Assembly (NCBI GenBank): GCA_965209055.1
Contig: OZ242374.1
Coordinates: 160,001-224,000 of the forward strand
Length of the DNA stretch: 64,000 bases
Direction of reading: 5' to 3'
DNA from: Acidobacteriota bacterium
GTDB lineage: Bacteria; Acidobacteriota; UBA6911; RPQK01; JAJDTT01
A model generated the notes under the pieces. It searched no databases, was not told the origin of the DNA, and saw nothing but the letters and a program-made list of their open reading frames with translations. Shown here piece after piece: positions 1 to 10,099 of this stretch. Position numbers and translations under genes: made by a program. Each line of letters starts with the position of its first letter. Position 1 is the first letter of the stretch.

Positions 1-1
1 C

Positions 2-946
2 TCCGTCAGCAAGGACTTCGTGAACTGGTCGGAGCCCCGATTCTTCTTCAGCACCGACGATCGGGACCAGGAGCACGCCCTTGAAGTGATCCGGAGACGG
101 ATCGCCGATCCGGGTCTGGCCCGGCCTCTCTTCGTGGACCCGGACCCGTCCTTGGGATGGACACCGCCCGAAGTGGAGTTCCGAAACCGGGGGATCTGGA
201 ATGCCCAGTCCTACAACATCGGCGTCTTCCCTTACGAAGGCCTCTACATCGGACTGCCCATGATCTTCTACCCCACCGGGAGACGGCTTCCGGAGCGACG
301 CAACGCCGACGGCTTCCACCTGATCCAGTTGGCCATGACGCGGGACCTGCAGCATTGGGAGCGCCTGGGGAACCGCGAGCCCTTCATCGGGCCCTCGCGC
401 CTGGACCAGGGCCTGGCCGGCAACTACGACCGGATGCAGTTGATGCCCACCAACCGTCCCGTGGAGAAGGACGAAGAACTGTGGTTCTACTACTCGGGCT
501 TCAAGTGGCGGGTCTGCCCCTATGACCGGTACCTGGACGGGAGCCCGCGCAGCCCCGAAACCCTGAATCCGCAGGAGCGCGCCGACTACGTGGAGGACGC
601 CCATTCCGCCATACACGTGGCGGTTCTGCGCCGGGACGGCTTCGTGTCGCTGGACGCGGGACGGAGCGAAGGGACCCTCACCACCCGTCCCCTGGTGATG
701 AGCGGCAGTCGCCTCTGGGTCAATCTGGACGCCGCGGAGGGCCGGATCCGGGTCGAGATCCTGGATGCCGGCGGACGGCCCATCCCCGGGTTCTCCGGCG
801 GTGACAGCCTCTCGCTCGGCGGCGACCGGACCCGGTTCCCGATCCGGTGGAATGGATCCGATTCCGTGGCCCGCTTGAGCGGACAGACCGTGGTTCTGAG
901 GATTCACCTCCGAAAAGGCTCCCTCTACGCGCTCTGGACGGAATGA
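2..946 (+). CDS. Glycoside-hydrolase-like five-bladed beta-propeller protein (GH32/43/130-like clan), 5'-partial
   Basis: Frame is open from position 2. Motifs YEGLYIG, QLAMTRD..HW and LRRDGFVSL plus a C-terminal beta-sandwich are shared with five paralogs in the window. Confidence 0.7.
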   Translation, partial: SVSKDFVNWSEPRFFFSTDDRDQEHALEVIRRRIADPGLARPLFVDPDPSLGWTPPEVEFRNRGIWNAQSYNIGVFPYEGLYIGLPMIFYPTGRRLPERRNADGFHLIQLAMTRDLQHWERLGNREPFIGPSRLDQGLAGNYDRMQLMPTNRPVEKDEELWFYYSGFKWRVCPYDRYLDGSPRSPETLNPQERADYVEDAHSAIHVAVLRRDGFVSLDAGRSEGTLTTRPLVMSGSRLWVNLDAAEGRIRVEILDAGGRPIPGFSGGDSLSLGGDRTRFPIRWNGSDSVARLSGQTVVLRIHLRKGSLYALWTE

Positions 947-2604
947 GCCGGCCTGGGACCCAGGTGCCGTTGCCTCCGGCGAAGGGATTGTTGCCGGTCC
1001 TCCTTCTGGTCCTCCACGCCCAACTTCCGGCGAGAGACGGGGCCACGCCCCGGTTCGCCGACGTCAGCCGGGAGGCGGGGCTGGAATTCGTCCATCGAAA
1101 CCAGGTCGCCGAACCCGATCCGGCGGCCAAATACCTGATCGAGACCATGGGGTCCGGAGGCGGTTTTCTGGACTTCGACGACGACGGCTGGATGGACATC
1201 TATCTCGTCAACGGCCGCGGTTCGAACCGCCTCTACCGGAACCGCGGGGACGGGACCTTCGCCGACGTCACCGGGGAGGCGGGAGCCGGGGACTCGTCCT
1301 ACGGCATGGGGTGCACCTTCGGCGACTACGACAACGATGGCCGCGTGGACATCTACGTCACCAACGTGGGCCCCAACGTGCTCTACCGGAACCAGGGGGA
1401 CGGCGCCTTCCAGGACGTGAGCAGGCGATCGGGGGTCGCGGATCCCCGATGGGGGACCAGCGCCGCCTTCGCCGATTACGACGGGGACGGTCTGCTCGAC
1501 CTCTACCTGGCCAACTACCTGGAGTTCTCCTTTCAGGACCATGAACCGTGCTATTTCCGGCAGATCCCCATCTACTGCTACCCCCATGGTTTTGACGGAG
1601 TGGGCAACGTCCTCTACCGGAACCTGGGAGGACGCACCTTCATCGACGTGACCCGGAGCGCCGGCTTGCGGGAGGAGGCCCGCTACAGCAAGAGTCTGGG
1701 AGTCCTCTGGCTGGATCTGGACCGGGACGGGGATCAGGACCTGTACGTGGCCAACGACACCACCGGAAACTACCTGTTCCGAAACTTGGGCGACGGCAGC
1801 TTTCAGGACGTCTCCCTGGAATCGGGGACGGCCCTGGGCGGCTCCGGCATGGCACAGGCCGGCATGGGGGTGGCCGCCGGCGATCTGGACGGCGAAGGCC
1901 GCTTCCACGTCCTGGTCACCAACTACTCGCTCCAGTACAACGCCCTCTATTGGAACGAGGACGGAGAATTCTTCAGCGACCGGATCATCGACTCGGGGCT
2001 CTCGGGGCCCAGCTTCGTTCCCCTGGGATTCGGGGCCAACTTCTTCGATGCCGACAACGACGGCGATCTGGACCTCTTCGTGGCCAACGGACACGTCCTG
2101 GAAGAGGCCGCCCGCGCCAATCCGGGCAGCCGGTACCGCCAGCCGAACCAGTTGTTCCTGAATGACGGAAAGGGAAGGTTCACCGAGGCTGGCGATCCCG
2201 GGGTCTACTTTTCGGTCCGGAACGTCTCCCGGGGCTCGGCCGTGGGGGACTTCAACAACGACGGCAAGCTGGACCTGCTGGTGACCAACTGCGGAGGCAA
2301 GGCCGACCTGTTGGAGAACCGCAGCGAGGGAGGCGGCAACTGGATCCGCTTCCGGCTGCGGGGAACCCACTGCAACCGGGACGCCGTGGGGGCCCGGGTG
2401 ACTCTTGGCGCCGGCGATCTGAAACTGGCCCGGGAACTGCGGTCGGCCAGCAGCTACCTGAGCCAAGACGACCCCCGGCTCCACTTCGGCCTGGCGCGAC
2501 GCACCAGGGTCGACTCGATCCGCATCGACTGGCCCTGCGGCAGGACGCAGGACGTGACGCCGCCCCAAACTCTGAACCAGACTCTTTCCATTCAGGAACC
2601 GTGA
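943..2604 (+). CDS. CRTAC1 family protein (FG-GAP/VCBS repeats + ASPIC/UnbV domain)
   Basis: Repeated DxDxDGxxDIY/LF motifs; C-terminal SYLSQDDPRLHFGL; ATG at 943 overlaps the upstream TGA (ATGA). Confidence 0.9.
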   Translation: MSRPGTQVPLPPAKGLLPVLLLVLHAQLPARDGATPRFADVSREAGLEFVHRNQVAEPDPAAKYLIETMGSGGGFLDFDDDGWMDIYLVNGRGSNRLYRNRGDGTFADVTGEAGAGDSSYGMGCTFGDYDNDGRVDIYVTNVGPNVLYRNQGDGAFQDVSRRSGVADPRWGTSAAFADYDGDGLLDLYLANYLEFSFQDHEPCYFRQIPIYCYPHGFDGVGNVLYRNLGGRTFIDVTRSAGLREEARYSKSLGVLWLDLDRDGDQDLYVANDTTGNYLFRNLGDGSFQDVSLESGTALGGSGMAQAGMGVAAGDLDGEGRFHVLVTNYSLQYNALYWNEDGEFFSDRIIDSGLSGPSFVPLGFGANFFDADNDGDLDLFVANGHVLEEAARANPGSRYRQPNQLFLNDGKGRFTEAGDPGVYFSVRNVSRGSAVGDFNNDGKLDLLVTNCGGKADLLENRSEGGGNWIRFRLRGTHCNRDAVGARVTLGAGDLKLARELRSASSYLSQDDPRLHFGLARRTRVDSIRIDWPCGRTQDVTPPQTLNQTLSIQEP

Positions 2605-3872
2605 AGACCGTCTCCGCGCTGCTGTTGCTCTTCCAGACTCTGGCCTCCCCGGGCGCACCGAACCCGCTGGAGAGCGTCCTGGCCAAGATGCGCGACGACA
2701 ACTACCTCGGCGCCCTGGAGGAGATTGAGGTCTTGCTGGTGAGCGGAGGGAGCGATCCGCGGCTCTACTACCAGAAGGGAGTCTGCGAGACGGTCCTGGG
2801 GCGTTATGCGGTGGCGCTGGAGAGCTTTGAGCGAGCCCGGGAGGCCGGGTTCGAGGACGCTTGGAGGATTCGCTCCCGGACCGGAATCGTCTACTTCCAC
2901 CAAGGCCGGCATCAAGATGCTCGGGAGGAGTTCCAGCGCATACTCGACGACCGGCCGGGAGACCCCGATGCGCTGTACTACCGGGGACGCATCGAGTTGA
3001 AGCAGGGCCGTTTTCGGAAGGCAGGGGAGACCTTTCTCGCGGTGTTGGATGCGAACCCCGAGTACGAGCCGGCTCTCTTCCATCTGGGACGGGCGCTCCT
3101 CCGGCAGGGCCGCCGCGACGAGGGCCGGGGCGTTCTTCGTTTCCACCGCAAGCGGGAACATCTGAAGAAGCAGCTGCGGACTCTGCTGAATCTGGCTGCC
3201 TCTCCCCAGGCATCCGCCTCCGTGCACCTGGAGCTGGCGGGCGTCTACCTGGAGCTGGGCCGGCCCAGTCTGGCTCAAGATGCGATCAAGAAGGCCGAAG
3301 AGCTGGACAGCGGCCACGCTGAAATAAACCTGTATCGGGGCGGGCTGGCCTGGCTCCGGGGCTCATATTCCGAAGCCGTCCGGCGGCTGAGCGAATACGC
3401 CCGTTCCCATCCCGGCGACTGCCGCCTGCTCAACTTTCTGGGCAGAAGCCTCAAGGCCGACGGCAGGAAGGGAGAAGCCCTCTCCGAGTTACGGAAGGCG
3501 GTCCGTCGATGCACTGTCGGCGCCGGCCTCCTGGCCGACCTGGCCGAGTTGGAGCTGGAAGCCGGCCAATTTCAGCGGGCCGCAACCCACGCGGGCAAGA
3601 TCATCGACCTCAACCCCCTGGCGCCGGTCGGCCCTTTTCTGATGGCCGTCGCCAGTCTCCACCGCCGGCAGTTCCATGAGGCCGAATCCTGGGCCTTAAA
3701 GGCGCTGGACCTGGAGCGGCGTCTGGCTCTCCTGCCAACGGACAGGGAAGGCTCGGTCGCCCGCTCGGAGCATCACCGGTTGCTCCACGCCGTCTACGTC
3801 AGGTTGGGCAATACGGTGAAGGCGCGGGAGCACGAGGAGAAGATGAAGCCTCTATCGAGCCCTGGAGAGTAG
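2601..3872 (+). CDS. Secreted tetratricopeptide repeat protein
   Basis: Signal-peptide-like N-terminus, multiple TPR-like helical repeats, GTGA coupling to the CRTAC1 gene. Confidence 0.85.
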   Translation: MKTVSALLLLFQTLASPGAPNPLESVLAKMRDDNYLGALEEIEVLLVSGGSDPRLYYQKGVCETVLGRYAVALESFERAREAGFEDAWRIRSRTGIVYFHQGRHQDAREEFQRILDDRPGDPDALYYRGRIELKQGRFRKAGETFLAVLDANPEYEPALFHLGRALLRQGRRDEGRGVLRFHRKREHLKKQLRTLLNLAASPQASASVHLELAGVYLELGRPSLAQDAIKKAEELDSGHAEINLYRGGLAWLRGSYSEAVRRLSEYARSHPGDCRLLNFLGRSLKADGRKGEALSELRKAVRRCTVGAGLLADLAELELEAGQFQRAATHAGKIIDLNPLAPVGPFLMAVASLHRRQFHEAESWALKALDLERRLALLPTDREGSVARSEHHRLLHAVYVRLGNTVKAREHEEKMKPLSSPGE

Positions 3873-3996
3873 TGTATGTCACCGAGATCGCGAAAAAGCT
3901 GTGGGTGCTGCACGCTTTCCAGAAGAAATCCAAAACGGGAATCCGGACGCCAAAATCCGAGATCGACCTCATCCGGGCGCGTCTCAGACGATTAAG
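3863..3996 (+). pseudogene. C-terminal fragment of a RelE/HigB (Gp49-like) toxin, 5'-deleted and interrupted by IS1634; last codons at 6035-6050
   Basis: Translates WRVVYVTEIAKKLWVLHAFQKKSKTGIRTPKSEIDLIRARLRRL. Removing the IS gives ...RLRKELM* with a TGATG overlap onto the antitoxin ATG at 6050. Confidence 0.85.
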
Positions 3997-6028
3997 CGGA
4001 ACTTCACTTCGGGTAGTCGGTCTAACTGTTTCTCTATCAGGAAGATAGAAGAAATCAACCTGGCCATTTACTGGCAACAAATCGGGTCGGATCCACGCCG
4101 AGCAAATCGAAAGCCTTCGCCTGCACCGGCGTCGGCTTGGCGAACATCGCAAACGGATGCTGCGGGGCGTTCGGCAGAGCCACCTGGTTCAGGGTGAGCG
4201 TTCCGAGATTCGCCAGCAGCGTCCGGAGGCTCTGCACCGGGAGCCCGTCAGTGGTCCGTTTGCGTGCGGCCTTGGCCTTCGTGCGCTCGGACACCTGCGC
4301 TTTTTCCACCGGGGATTTCCGCAGCGCTCGCGCCCCGACCCGATCCTCCTCCTCGAACAGCAGCGGCGCCAGGGCTCGTCGCAGGTGCCACTCCAGGTAA
4401 TACGCCAGCAGACACAGAAAGACATGCCCGCGCACATGGGCCTCGCTGTAGACGTACACCGGGCGCAGGGCCAGCTGCGCCGTCTTGAGCGAGCGAAACG
4501 CCCGTTCCACCCGGGAGAGACTCTTGTACGCCTCCACCGCCTCCGAAGCCCCGATCTCGGAGGCCGCCAGGCTGGTGCGAACGATGTAGATGCCATCCAG
4601 TTGAGCCTCCGCGTCGATCTTCTCCTGGTTCCTGGACCAGCGGATGTCGTCGTCTCTCACCTCGATCCGAAAGTGCTTGGCGACCTTCTTGCGGTTCACG
4701 TCCCGACCCACCCGGCGGTTGATCGCCTCCTGGCCGCGCAACCGCGATCTCGGGGAGCGCACGGCGCTGGCGATCGTCTCCAGGATCTTTTCGGTCGCGC
4801 GGAGCAGTTCCTCGCGCTTGCGGGCGCGGTCCTGGCGCAAGCGGGGATTGAGGCAGACCAGCAGGCGTTCTCCGGGAAATTCCGGGCTGAGGATCTCCGC
4901 GACCCCGTCCGGAACCAACTCGCCCGGCCGCAACGGAGCCGGCTGATCCCCTTCAGTGCCCGATTTGGACGGCCGCATCAGCTTGCGGATGGCGTCGGTT
5001 CTCAAGGCCGAGATCCAGGCCAGTCCGGCCGGCGAGAGATCCTCGCGCAGCCGCGCCGTGGTGAGCATGCCCCGATCCCCGACCAAGGCGATGGACTCGA
5101 TGCCGAAACGCCCCTGGATCTTCTCGACCTGCGACGCCACCGTCTTCGGATCCCCCGTGTTGCCGGAGAAGACCTCCACGGCCAGCGGGCAGCCGTCCTC
5201 GGCGCACAGCAGACCGAAGACGATCTGGGGCTTGCCTTTCTTGCCGTCCCGGTTATGGCCGAACGCGGCCAGAGGACAGGAGCGTCCCTCCAGATAGCTG
5301 GAGGAGACGTCGTAAAGCAGCAGGGTCCGGCCCTCCAGATGCCGTCGCGCTAAGCTCTTCTCGATCCAGACTTGGCGGCGAACCAACCAGTCGAGCATGC
5401 CGAGCATCTCGTTGCCGTGGACCGGACCGAGGCCGAGGAGCGGGCCGAGGCTGGTGGTGGCGGTCTGGGGAGACAGGTTCCGGGCGGTGGCGAGCTTGGA
5501 AGCGGGATCCAGCACGCGGGCGACGATGGCGGCGAGGGCGAGGTCGCGGTTGCGGCTGCGGTTGCGGTGCAGGAGGCGTGTCAGACCGAGTTGGCGGGCG
5601 AGGCCGAGGAGAGCGGCGACATGGCCGTGGGGCAGGGCGCGGCGAATGGAGAGGGTGTCGTCCAGGGGGTGGAAGACTTGGCCACCCTTGAGCAGGGCGC
5701 GGATGCCGTCGACGATCTCCGGGGGGAGCTTGGAGAGGTTGGCGAGGGTGGTGCGGCGGATGCGTTTGCCCTCGCGTTTGGCGTGGCGGAAGAGGATGGC
5801 AGGGGGGCTGTTGCGGTTGGGGATGACATCGACGTGGTAGGACATGGGGAGGCGACCTCTTACATGGAAACAGTAATGAGCACTGATATACAAATGATAC
5901 AGGATAATACTGACAAACACACCGATCCCATACATGGAAACAAATATCCAGTTAGAGAGTGAGTCTAGCGAACCGTAACCGGCGCTATTTCAATGATTTG
6001 CTAGGGTTTGGGGGGCAGTGAAGTTCCG
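3997..6028 (-). mobile_element. IS1634-family insertion sequence (2032 bp)
   Basis: 12-bp terminal inverted repeats CGGAACTTCACT (3997-4008) and AGTGAAGTTCCG (6017-6028); 6-bp target duplication ATTAAG at 3991-3996 and 6029-6034. Confidence 0.92.
4055..5845 (-). CDS. IS1634 family DDE transposase
   Basis: LLLYDVSSSYLEG, FGHNRDGK, VGDRGM, YKSLSRVERAFRSLK and HVRGHVFLCLLAY motifs. Confidence 0.92.
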   Translation of the reverse strand: MSYHVDVIPNRNSPPAILFRHAKREGKRIRRTTLANLSKLPPEIVDGIRALLKGGQVFHPLDDTLSIRRALPHGHVAALLGLARQLGLTRLLHRNRSRNRDLALAAIVARVLDPASKLATARNLSPQTATTSLGPLLGLGPVHGNEMLGMLDWLVRRQVWIEKSLARRHLEGRTLLLYDVSSSYLEGRSCPLAAFGHNRDGKKGKPQIVFGLLCAEDGCPLAVEVFSGNTGDPKTVASQVEKIQGRFGIESIALVGDRGMLTTARLREDLSPAGLAWISALRTDAIRKLMRPSKSGTEGDQPAPLRPGELVPDGVAEILSPEFPGERLLVCLNPRLRQDRARKREELLRATEKILETIASAVRSPRSRLRGQEAINRRVGRDVNRKKVAKHFRIEVRDDDIRWSRNQEKIDAEAQLDGIYIVRTSLAASEIGASEAVEAYKSLSRVERAFRSLKTAQLALRPVYVYSEAHVRGHVFLCLLAYYLEWHLRRALAPLLFEEEDRVGARALRKSPVEKAQVSERTKAKAARKRTTDGLPVQSLRTLLANLGTLTLNQVALPNAPQHPFAMFAKPTPVQAKAFDLLGVDPTRFVASKWPG

Positions 6029-6049
6029 ATTAAGGAAGGAACTGATGTG

Positions 6050-6778
6050 ATGACGGATGAGAACTTCGAACTGGTCGAGGGAAGCGGCAATATCTTTCGC
6101 GATTTCGGGGATCCTGAGGCCGATCTGAAGCAGGCCAAGGCCATCCTCGCAGCTCGGATCATCGCCGTGCTGGACGAACGCGGTCTCACCGTGCGAAAGG
6201 CGGCGAGTATCACCGGCTTCGCAGCCGCCGACTTCTCGCGTATCCGAAACGCAAATCTTGGACGGTTCACGCTGGACCGGATGATCAGGATGATTGGTGC
6301 GTTAGACGACCAGATAAGAGTAACGATTCAGGTCGGTCTGCGCGCGGAAGACCCAGCGACGACGACAGACGTCGGAGCGGGGAAATTCCTGTCCCCGGCA
6401 AGGGGGGGTAGGGGGGACGTTAGTCTCCCATTGCGCTTCCAACACAAAAGGGTGGGGGGACAAGGATGTCCCCCCTCCTCTCAGAACGAAAACCGGAACG
6501 CGAACTGGAGCCGGCGCGGCTGGGAGGCGGAAGAGACCCTTCCGGCACCGCCGCTCTCGATGGCGTCCTGTCCGCCCTTGCCACCGGGCGTATCGAAGAT
6601 GGGATGGTTGAAGGCGTTGAACATTTCCACGCGGAAATCCAACTCCTTTTCCTCTCCCAGGGCGAACGCCTTGTGGAGGCCGATGTCGAAGACGCTGATC
6701 CCGTCCCCCTCCAGCGGCCACATGTGGGAGTTGCCGAATCGTCCCACGGCCGGTATCGCGAAGGCGCTGACGTCGTAG
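6050..6778 (+). CDS. higA: XRE/HigA-type HTH antitoxin; the real domain ends near 6370 and the ORF reads through REP DNA
   Basis: GSGNIFRDFG...ADFSRIRNANLGRFTLDRM. It follows the toxin remnant; no stop occurs before the REP cluster at 6374. Confidence 0.7.
   Translation: MTDENFELVEGSGNIFRDFGDPEADLKQAKAILAARIIAVLDERGLTVRKAASITGFAAADFSRIRNANLGRFTLDRMIRMIGALDDQIRVTIQVGLRAEDPATTTDVGAGKFLSPARGGRGDVSLPLRFQHKRVGGQGCPPSSQNENRNANWSRRGWEAEETLPAPPLSMASCPPLPPGVSKMGWLKALNISTRKSNSFSSPRANALWRPMSKTLIPSPSSGHMWELPNRPTAGIAKALTS
6374..6479. repeat. REP-like palindrome cluster
   Basis: GGAGCGGGGAAATTCCTGTCCCCG, GTAGGGGGGACGTTAGTCTCCC and GGGGGGACAAGGATGTCCCCCCTCC. Confidence 0.75.
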
Positions 6779-9700
6779 TAGCGATCCACCGTCCTCTGGC
6801 TCTCGGGAAGCTGACCTGTACTCAACCGGTCGGGCATCAACAGGCGCCGGGAACCGATGTCGTTCACGTCTCGACCCACCCGGACGCCGAACGGCGACCC
6901 GGTGGCTGCGGTAATGACCGAGGTGGCCTCCCAACCTCCCAGCAAGGTCCTGGTGAGGCCGGTGGCGTTCCGAAAGATGGGCAGTCTCCAGGTGAAGGCC
7001 GTGTAATAGCTGTGGAGCCGGTCCCACTTGGTCCGGGTGTTGAGCGGCGTGCGGTCGAACTCGTTGGGCACCACCGCGATATAGGTTCCGGCGTAATTGG
7101 TGGCGAAGACCCGGCCGTAGGTCCAACCGGCCGAAATTCCAAGGCCGTCCCTCGGCATCCGCTCGATCTTGGCCTGCAGCGAGTTGTAGTGCTGCGACCC
7201 GTCGAAGCGGATCTGCAGGGTGGTGGCGATCAGCGGATAGGGGCGCCTCATATCCCGGTTCCCTTCCGCCCGGATCGTCTCTCCAGTGTTCAGGATGATG
7301 GGCTGCCCGGCGATCTGCGACACGTTCCAGGCCCGATGATTTCTCATGTGCCGGCCCTGATTGCCCACGTAGGCGATTTCCACCTTGGTGTCGTCGAACA
7401 GCTCGTGCTGAATCGACAGGTTGTAGCTGTAGACCTGGCCGGTCTGGGAGCCGCTGCCGTCATACGAGTAGGCGCCGTCGCTGTGCACTCTGGCCGCCGA
7501 CGTGGAGGGCAGGTCCAGGAAGCCGCCGTGCATGTACTCGGGAACCTGTCCCCGAGCCTGGATGCCGCGGACGGTGCCCACATAGGGGCCGACCCAGCCG
7601 ACGCCCACCTTCCAGCCGCCGTACTCCTGGTCGAAAGACAGGCCGCCACCGGCGCGCAGGACCGTCCGGTTGGTGCCGAACATCCGCCAGGCGATTCCCA
7701 CTCTGGGGGCGAAGCTCTGCCAAGGAACCCCCCGGCAGCGCTGGCTGTCCAGTTCCACCACCGGGACCACCAGGACCTCCCGCTGGCCGTTGGTCACCAG
7801 GGGAGAGTCATAGGGGAAACCCTTGGGCACCATGTGGACGGGGTTGTCCCGCCCTCCGGTCACGTCTATAAAACAGTTCCCCTTGTTGTCCAGCCAGTGC
7901 TCCGGAAGGGGGATTTCGTGCCTCAATCCAATGTTCAGGCTGAGGTCCGGCGTGACCTTCCAGTCGTCGTTGATGAACCAGTTGTAGGCCGACTGATTGT
8001 AGCCGCCGAAGTTTCCGAGGCCGTATCCGGCCCCTCCCGTGATCCTGGCCTGAGCATCCGACACGGTGCCGAGCAGGAAATCGGCGTAGGGCTGGCCGAA
8101 GGTGGACCCTGTGATGCCGCCGTCGGCGCCGTAGGTGATCTGCCCCGTCTGATAGCCGTTGAAGCTGACCCGAGCCGTGGGCCTCACCCAGCCCAGCCGC
8201 ACGTTCATGTTCCGAATGGTCCCGATTCCGACTTTCAGGTAGTGATTGCCCTTGCGCCAGGAGGCCGTCTCCTTGATGCTGAACCCCCAGTCGCCCTGGT
8301 CGAACTCGCCCTGGCCCTGGATGTTGGAATACCCGCTGATGCCGATGGAAGGCAGGTCGGCGGGACCGCGCTGGCCGTTGTCGCCGATGGCGAAGATGCC
8401 GTCCTGCCCCGCCAGGTCGTAGCCGAACTCCTGGAACCAATCCACCGTGTCGGCGCTGTTGTTGCCGAAGTCAGACTTCCAACCGGTGAAGTTCAACTCG
8501 TTCACCACGTTGGTCCCGATCGGCTTGACCCAGCCGCCGCTGGTCTGCCACCCGGTCTCCAGCTCGGTAAACACCTCGTAGACGTTGCTTCTCATCCCGG
8601 GAACGCCCAGGCGGCCGCGCCCGACGAAGAAGCCGAAGGATCCGGCCGACGCCGAGCCGTGGGAGATCTGCGGGTCGTTCTGCCAGGTCCAGCGCCCGAA
8701 GAGCGTCGAATCATCGCCCAAGTGGTGATCCCCTCGAATCGAGACCTTGTTCTTCACCTGGTCGATGACGTGGGGATAGGCGTAGTTGGGATAGACGTTC
8801 TGGTTTGGAGATGGCCAGGGCACCTTGTCCCGAACCGCCAGGGAGACGGGGTGGATTCTGCTGGTGGGGATGACGTTGTTGGGAAATTGGACCCGCTGCC
8901 CGTCGACCACGTTGAAGGGGTCGTAGATGGGAATCAGGCCGTGCTTCCCGTCGCCCGCTCCGAAATTTCCCGCCAACTCCGAGGCGGGAGGAACGTCCAT
9001 GAAGCCGGTCAGGTTCGACTCGTCCATGAAACGCTCGTAGCTGGCGTAGAAGAAGGTCTTGTCCTTGATGATGGGCCCGCCCACGGCGCCGCCGAAGGTG
9101 TGGCGGCTCAACGGCAGCTTGCCCAGTCCGGTCCGGTTGGCGAAAAAGCCGTTGGCGTCGAACGCTTCGTTGCGCAGATACTCCCAGGCGAAGCCGTGAA
9201 ACTCGTTGCTGCCGCTGTGGCTGGTCATGCTCACCACGGCCCCTCCGACCCGGCCGTACTCGGCCGAGAAGGTGTTGCTGATCACCTTGAACTGCTTGAC
9301 CGTCTCCGGCGTCGGATTCACGGTAGCCCGCTGATCGTAGAGCCTCTGGGCGCCGGCGCCGTCCAGCATGATCTGGTTGGAGTCGGGCCGCAGGCCGTTG
9401 ACCGACGGAAGACCACCCGAGTCACGGACGAAGCGGGGGTCCGTCGAGTAGCGAACGCTGACCGAACCGGTGGAGAGTTCCGCCAGCAGGATCAGGTTCC
9501 GGTCGTTGATGGGCAGCTCCGTGATCTGGGTCTCGTCCAGCGTGGTGCTGATGTCCGCCGTGTCCGTGTCCAGCGCCGTGGTCTGTCCCATGACGGTGAC
9601 CTGTTCGGCGATCTCGCCGGGAGCCAGGAGAAAATCGAGACGCGCCACCTGACCGGTGTTCAAGCGAACCTCGGCCACGTGGGTCTTGAATCCGGGCAAT

Positions 9701-9969
9701 TCCGCCCGGGCCTCGTAGACACCGGCGATGAGCTTGTCCACCAGGTAGTTCCCCGTGTCGTTGCTGACTGCGGCTCGGGGAATGTTGGTTTCCGTGTTGG
9801 TGACGGTGATTTCGACCCCTGGGACCACGGCTCCCGTCTGGTCGATGACGCGTCCCACGATCTGTCCGTACGTGGTCAACTGACCGTACGCGTGGGGCAG
9901 GGAGAGGCAAATGACGAGTGCCAGGGTGAGCGCCAGGATGCCGGGGCGCAGACGAGGTGCCTGATGCAT
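6481..9969 (-). CDS. TonB-dependent receptor with N-terminal carboxypeptidase-regulatory-like domain (Oar-type)
   Basis: Signal peptide, DQTGAVVPG, SAEYGR, C-terminal RRLQFAFRFSF; RBS AAGGAGG upstream. Confidence 0.92.
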   Translation of the reverse strand: MHQAPRLRPGILALTLALVICLSLPHAYGQLTTYGQIVGRVIDQTGAVVPGVEITVTNTETNIPRAAVSNDTGNYLVDKLIAGVYEARAELPGFKTHVAEVRLNTGQVARLDFLLAPGEIAEQVTVMGQTTALDTDTADISTTLDETQITELPINDRNLILLAELSTGSVSVRYSTDPRFVRDSGGLPSVNGLRPDSNQIMLDGAGAQRLYDQRATVNPTPETVKQFKVISNTFSAEYGRVGGAVVSMTSHSGSNEFHGFAWEYLRNEAFDANGFFANRTGLGKLPLSRHTFGGAVGGPIIKDKTFFYASYERFMDESNLTGFMDVPPASELAGNFGAGDGKHGLIPIYDPFNVVDGQRVQFPNNVIPTSRIHPVSLAVRDKVPWPSPNQNVYPNYAYPHVIDQVKNKVSIRGDHHLGDDSTLFGRWTWQNDPQISHGSASAGSFGFFVGRGRLGVPGMRSNVYEVFTELETGWQTSGGWVKPIGTNVVNELNFTGWKSDFGNNSADTVDWFQEFGYDLAGQDGIFAIGDNGQRGPADLPSIGISGYSNIQGQGEFDQGDWGFSIKETASWRKGNHYLKVGIGTIRNMNVRLGWVRPTARVSFNGYQTGQITYGADGGITGSTFGQPYADFLLGTVSDAQARITGGAGYGLGNFGGYNQSAYNWFINDDWKVTPDLSLNIGLRHEIPLPEHWLDNKGNCFIDVTGGRDNPVHMVPKGFPYDSPLVTNGQREVLVVPVVELDSQRCRGVPWQSFAPRVGIAWRMFGTNRTVLRAGGGLSFDQEYGGWKVGVGWVGPYVGTVRGIQARGQVPEYMHGGFLDLPSTSAARVHSDGAYSYDGSGSQTGQVYSYNLSIQHELFDDTKVEIAYVGNQGRHMRNHRAWNVSQIAGQPIILNTGETIRAEGNRDMRRPYPLIATTLQIRFDGSQHYNSLQAKIERMPRDGLGISAGWTYGRVFATNYAGTYIAVVPNEFDRTPLNTRTKWDRLHSYYTAFTWRLPIFRNATGLTRTLLGGWEATSVITAATGSPFGVRVGRDVNDIGSRRLLMPDRLSTGQLPESQRTVDRYYDVSAFAIPAVGRFGNSHMWPLEGDGISVFDIGLHKAFALGEEKELDFRVEMFNAFNHPIFDTPGGKGGQDAIESGGAGRVSSASQPRRLQFAFRFSF

Positions 9970-10027
9970 CAGCGACCTCCTTGAGTAGTGCGGACTGCCT
10001 GGGAATGCAGACTAATTGCTTGGAGGC

Positions 10028-10056
10028 ATGGTAGCCACAACGGGCCCATGAGTCAA
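10028..10056 (-). promoter_or_regulatory. sigma70-type promoter for the TonB receptor gene
   Basis: On the minus strand TTGACT-17 bp-TACCAT, about 60 bp upstream of the ATG. Confidence 0.6.
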
Positions 10057-10099
10057 CAAGGCATGTTCTTCTCCTGTTCGCCTCTCTGCTTTTTGGGGC

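Noticed and set aside
6371-6778. HigA as a genuine 240-aa fusion protein
   Set aside because: The extension is REP DNA plus the antisense strand of the TonB receptor gene; it is read-through, not a domain.
6466-9984. 1172-aa plus-strand ORF and similar long antisense ORFs (925-3213, 10235-12067, 37072-39624 and others)
   Set aside because: Shadow frames of real genes in high-GC DNA, with no recognisable motifs.
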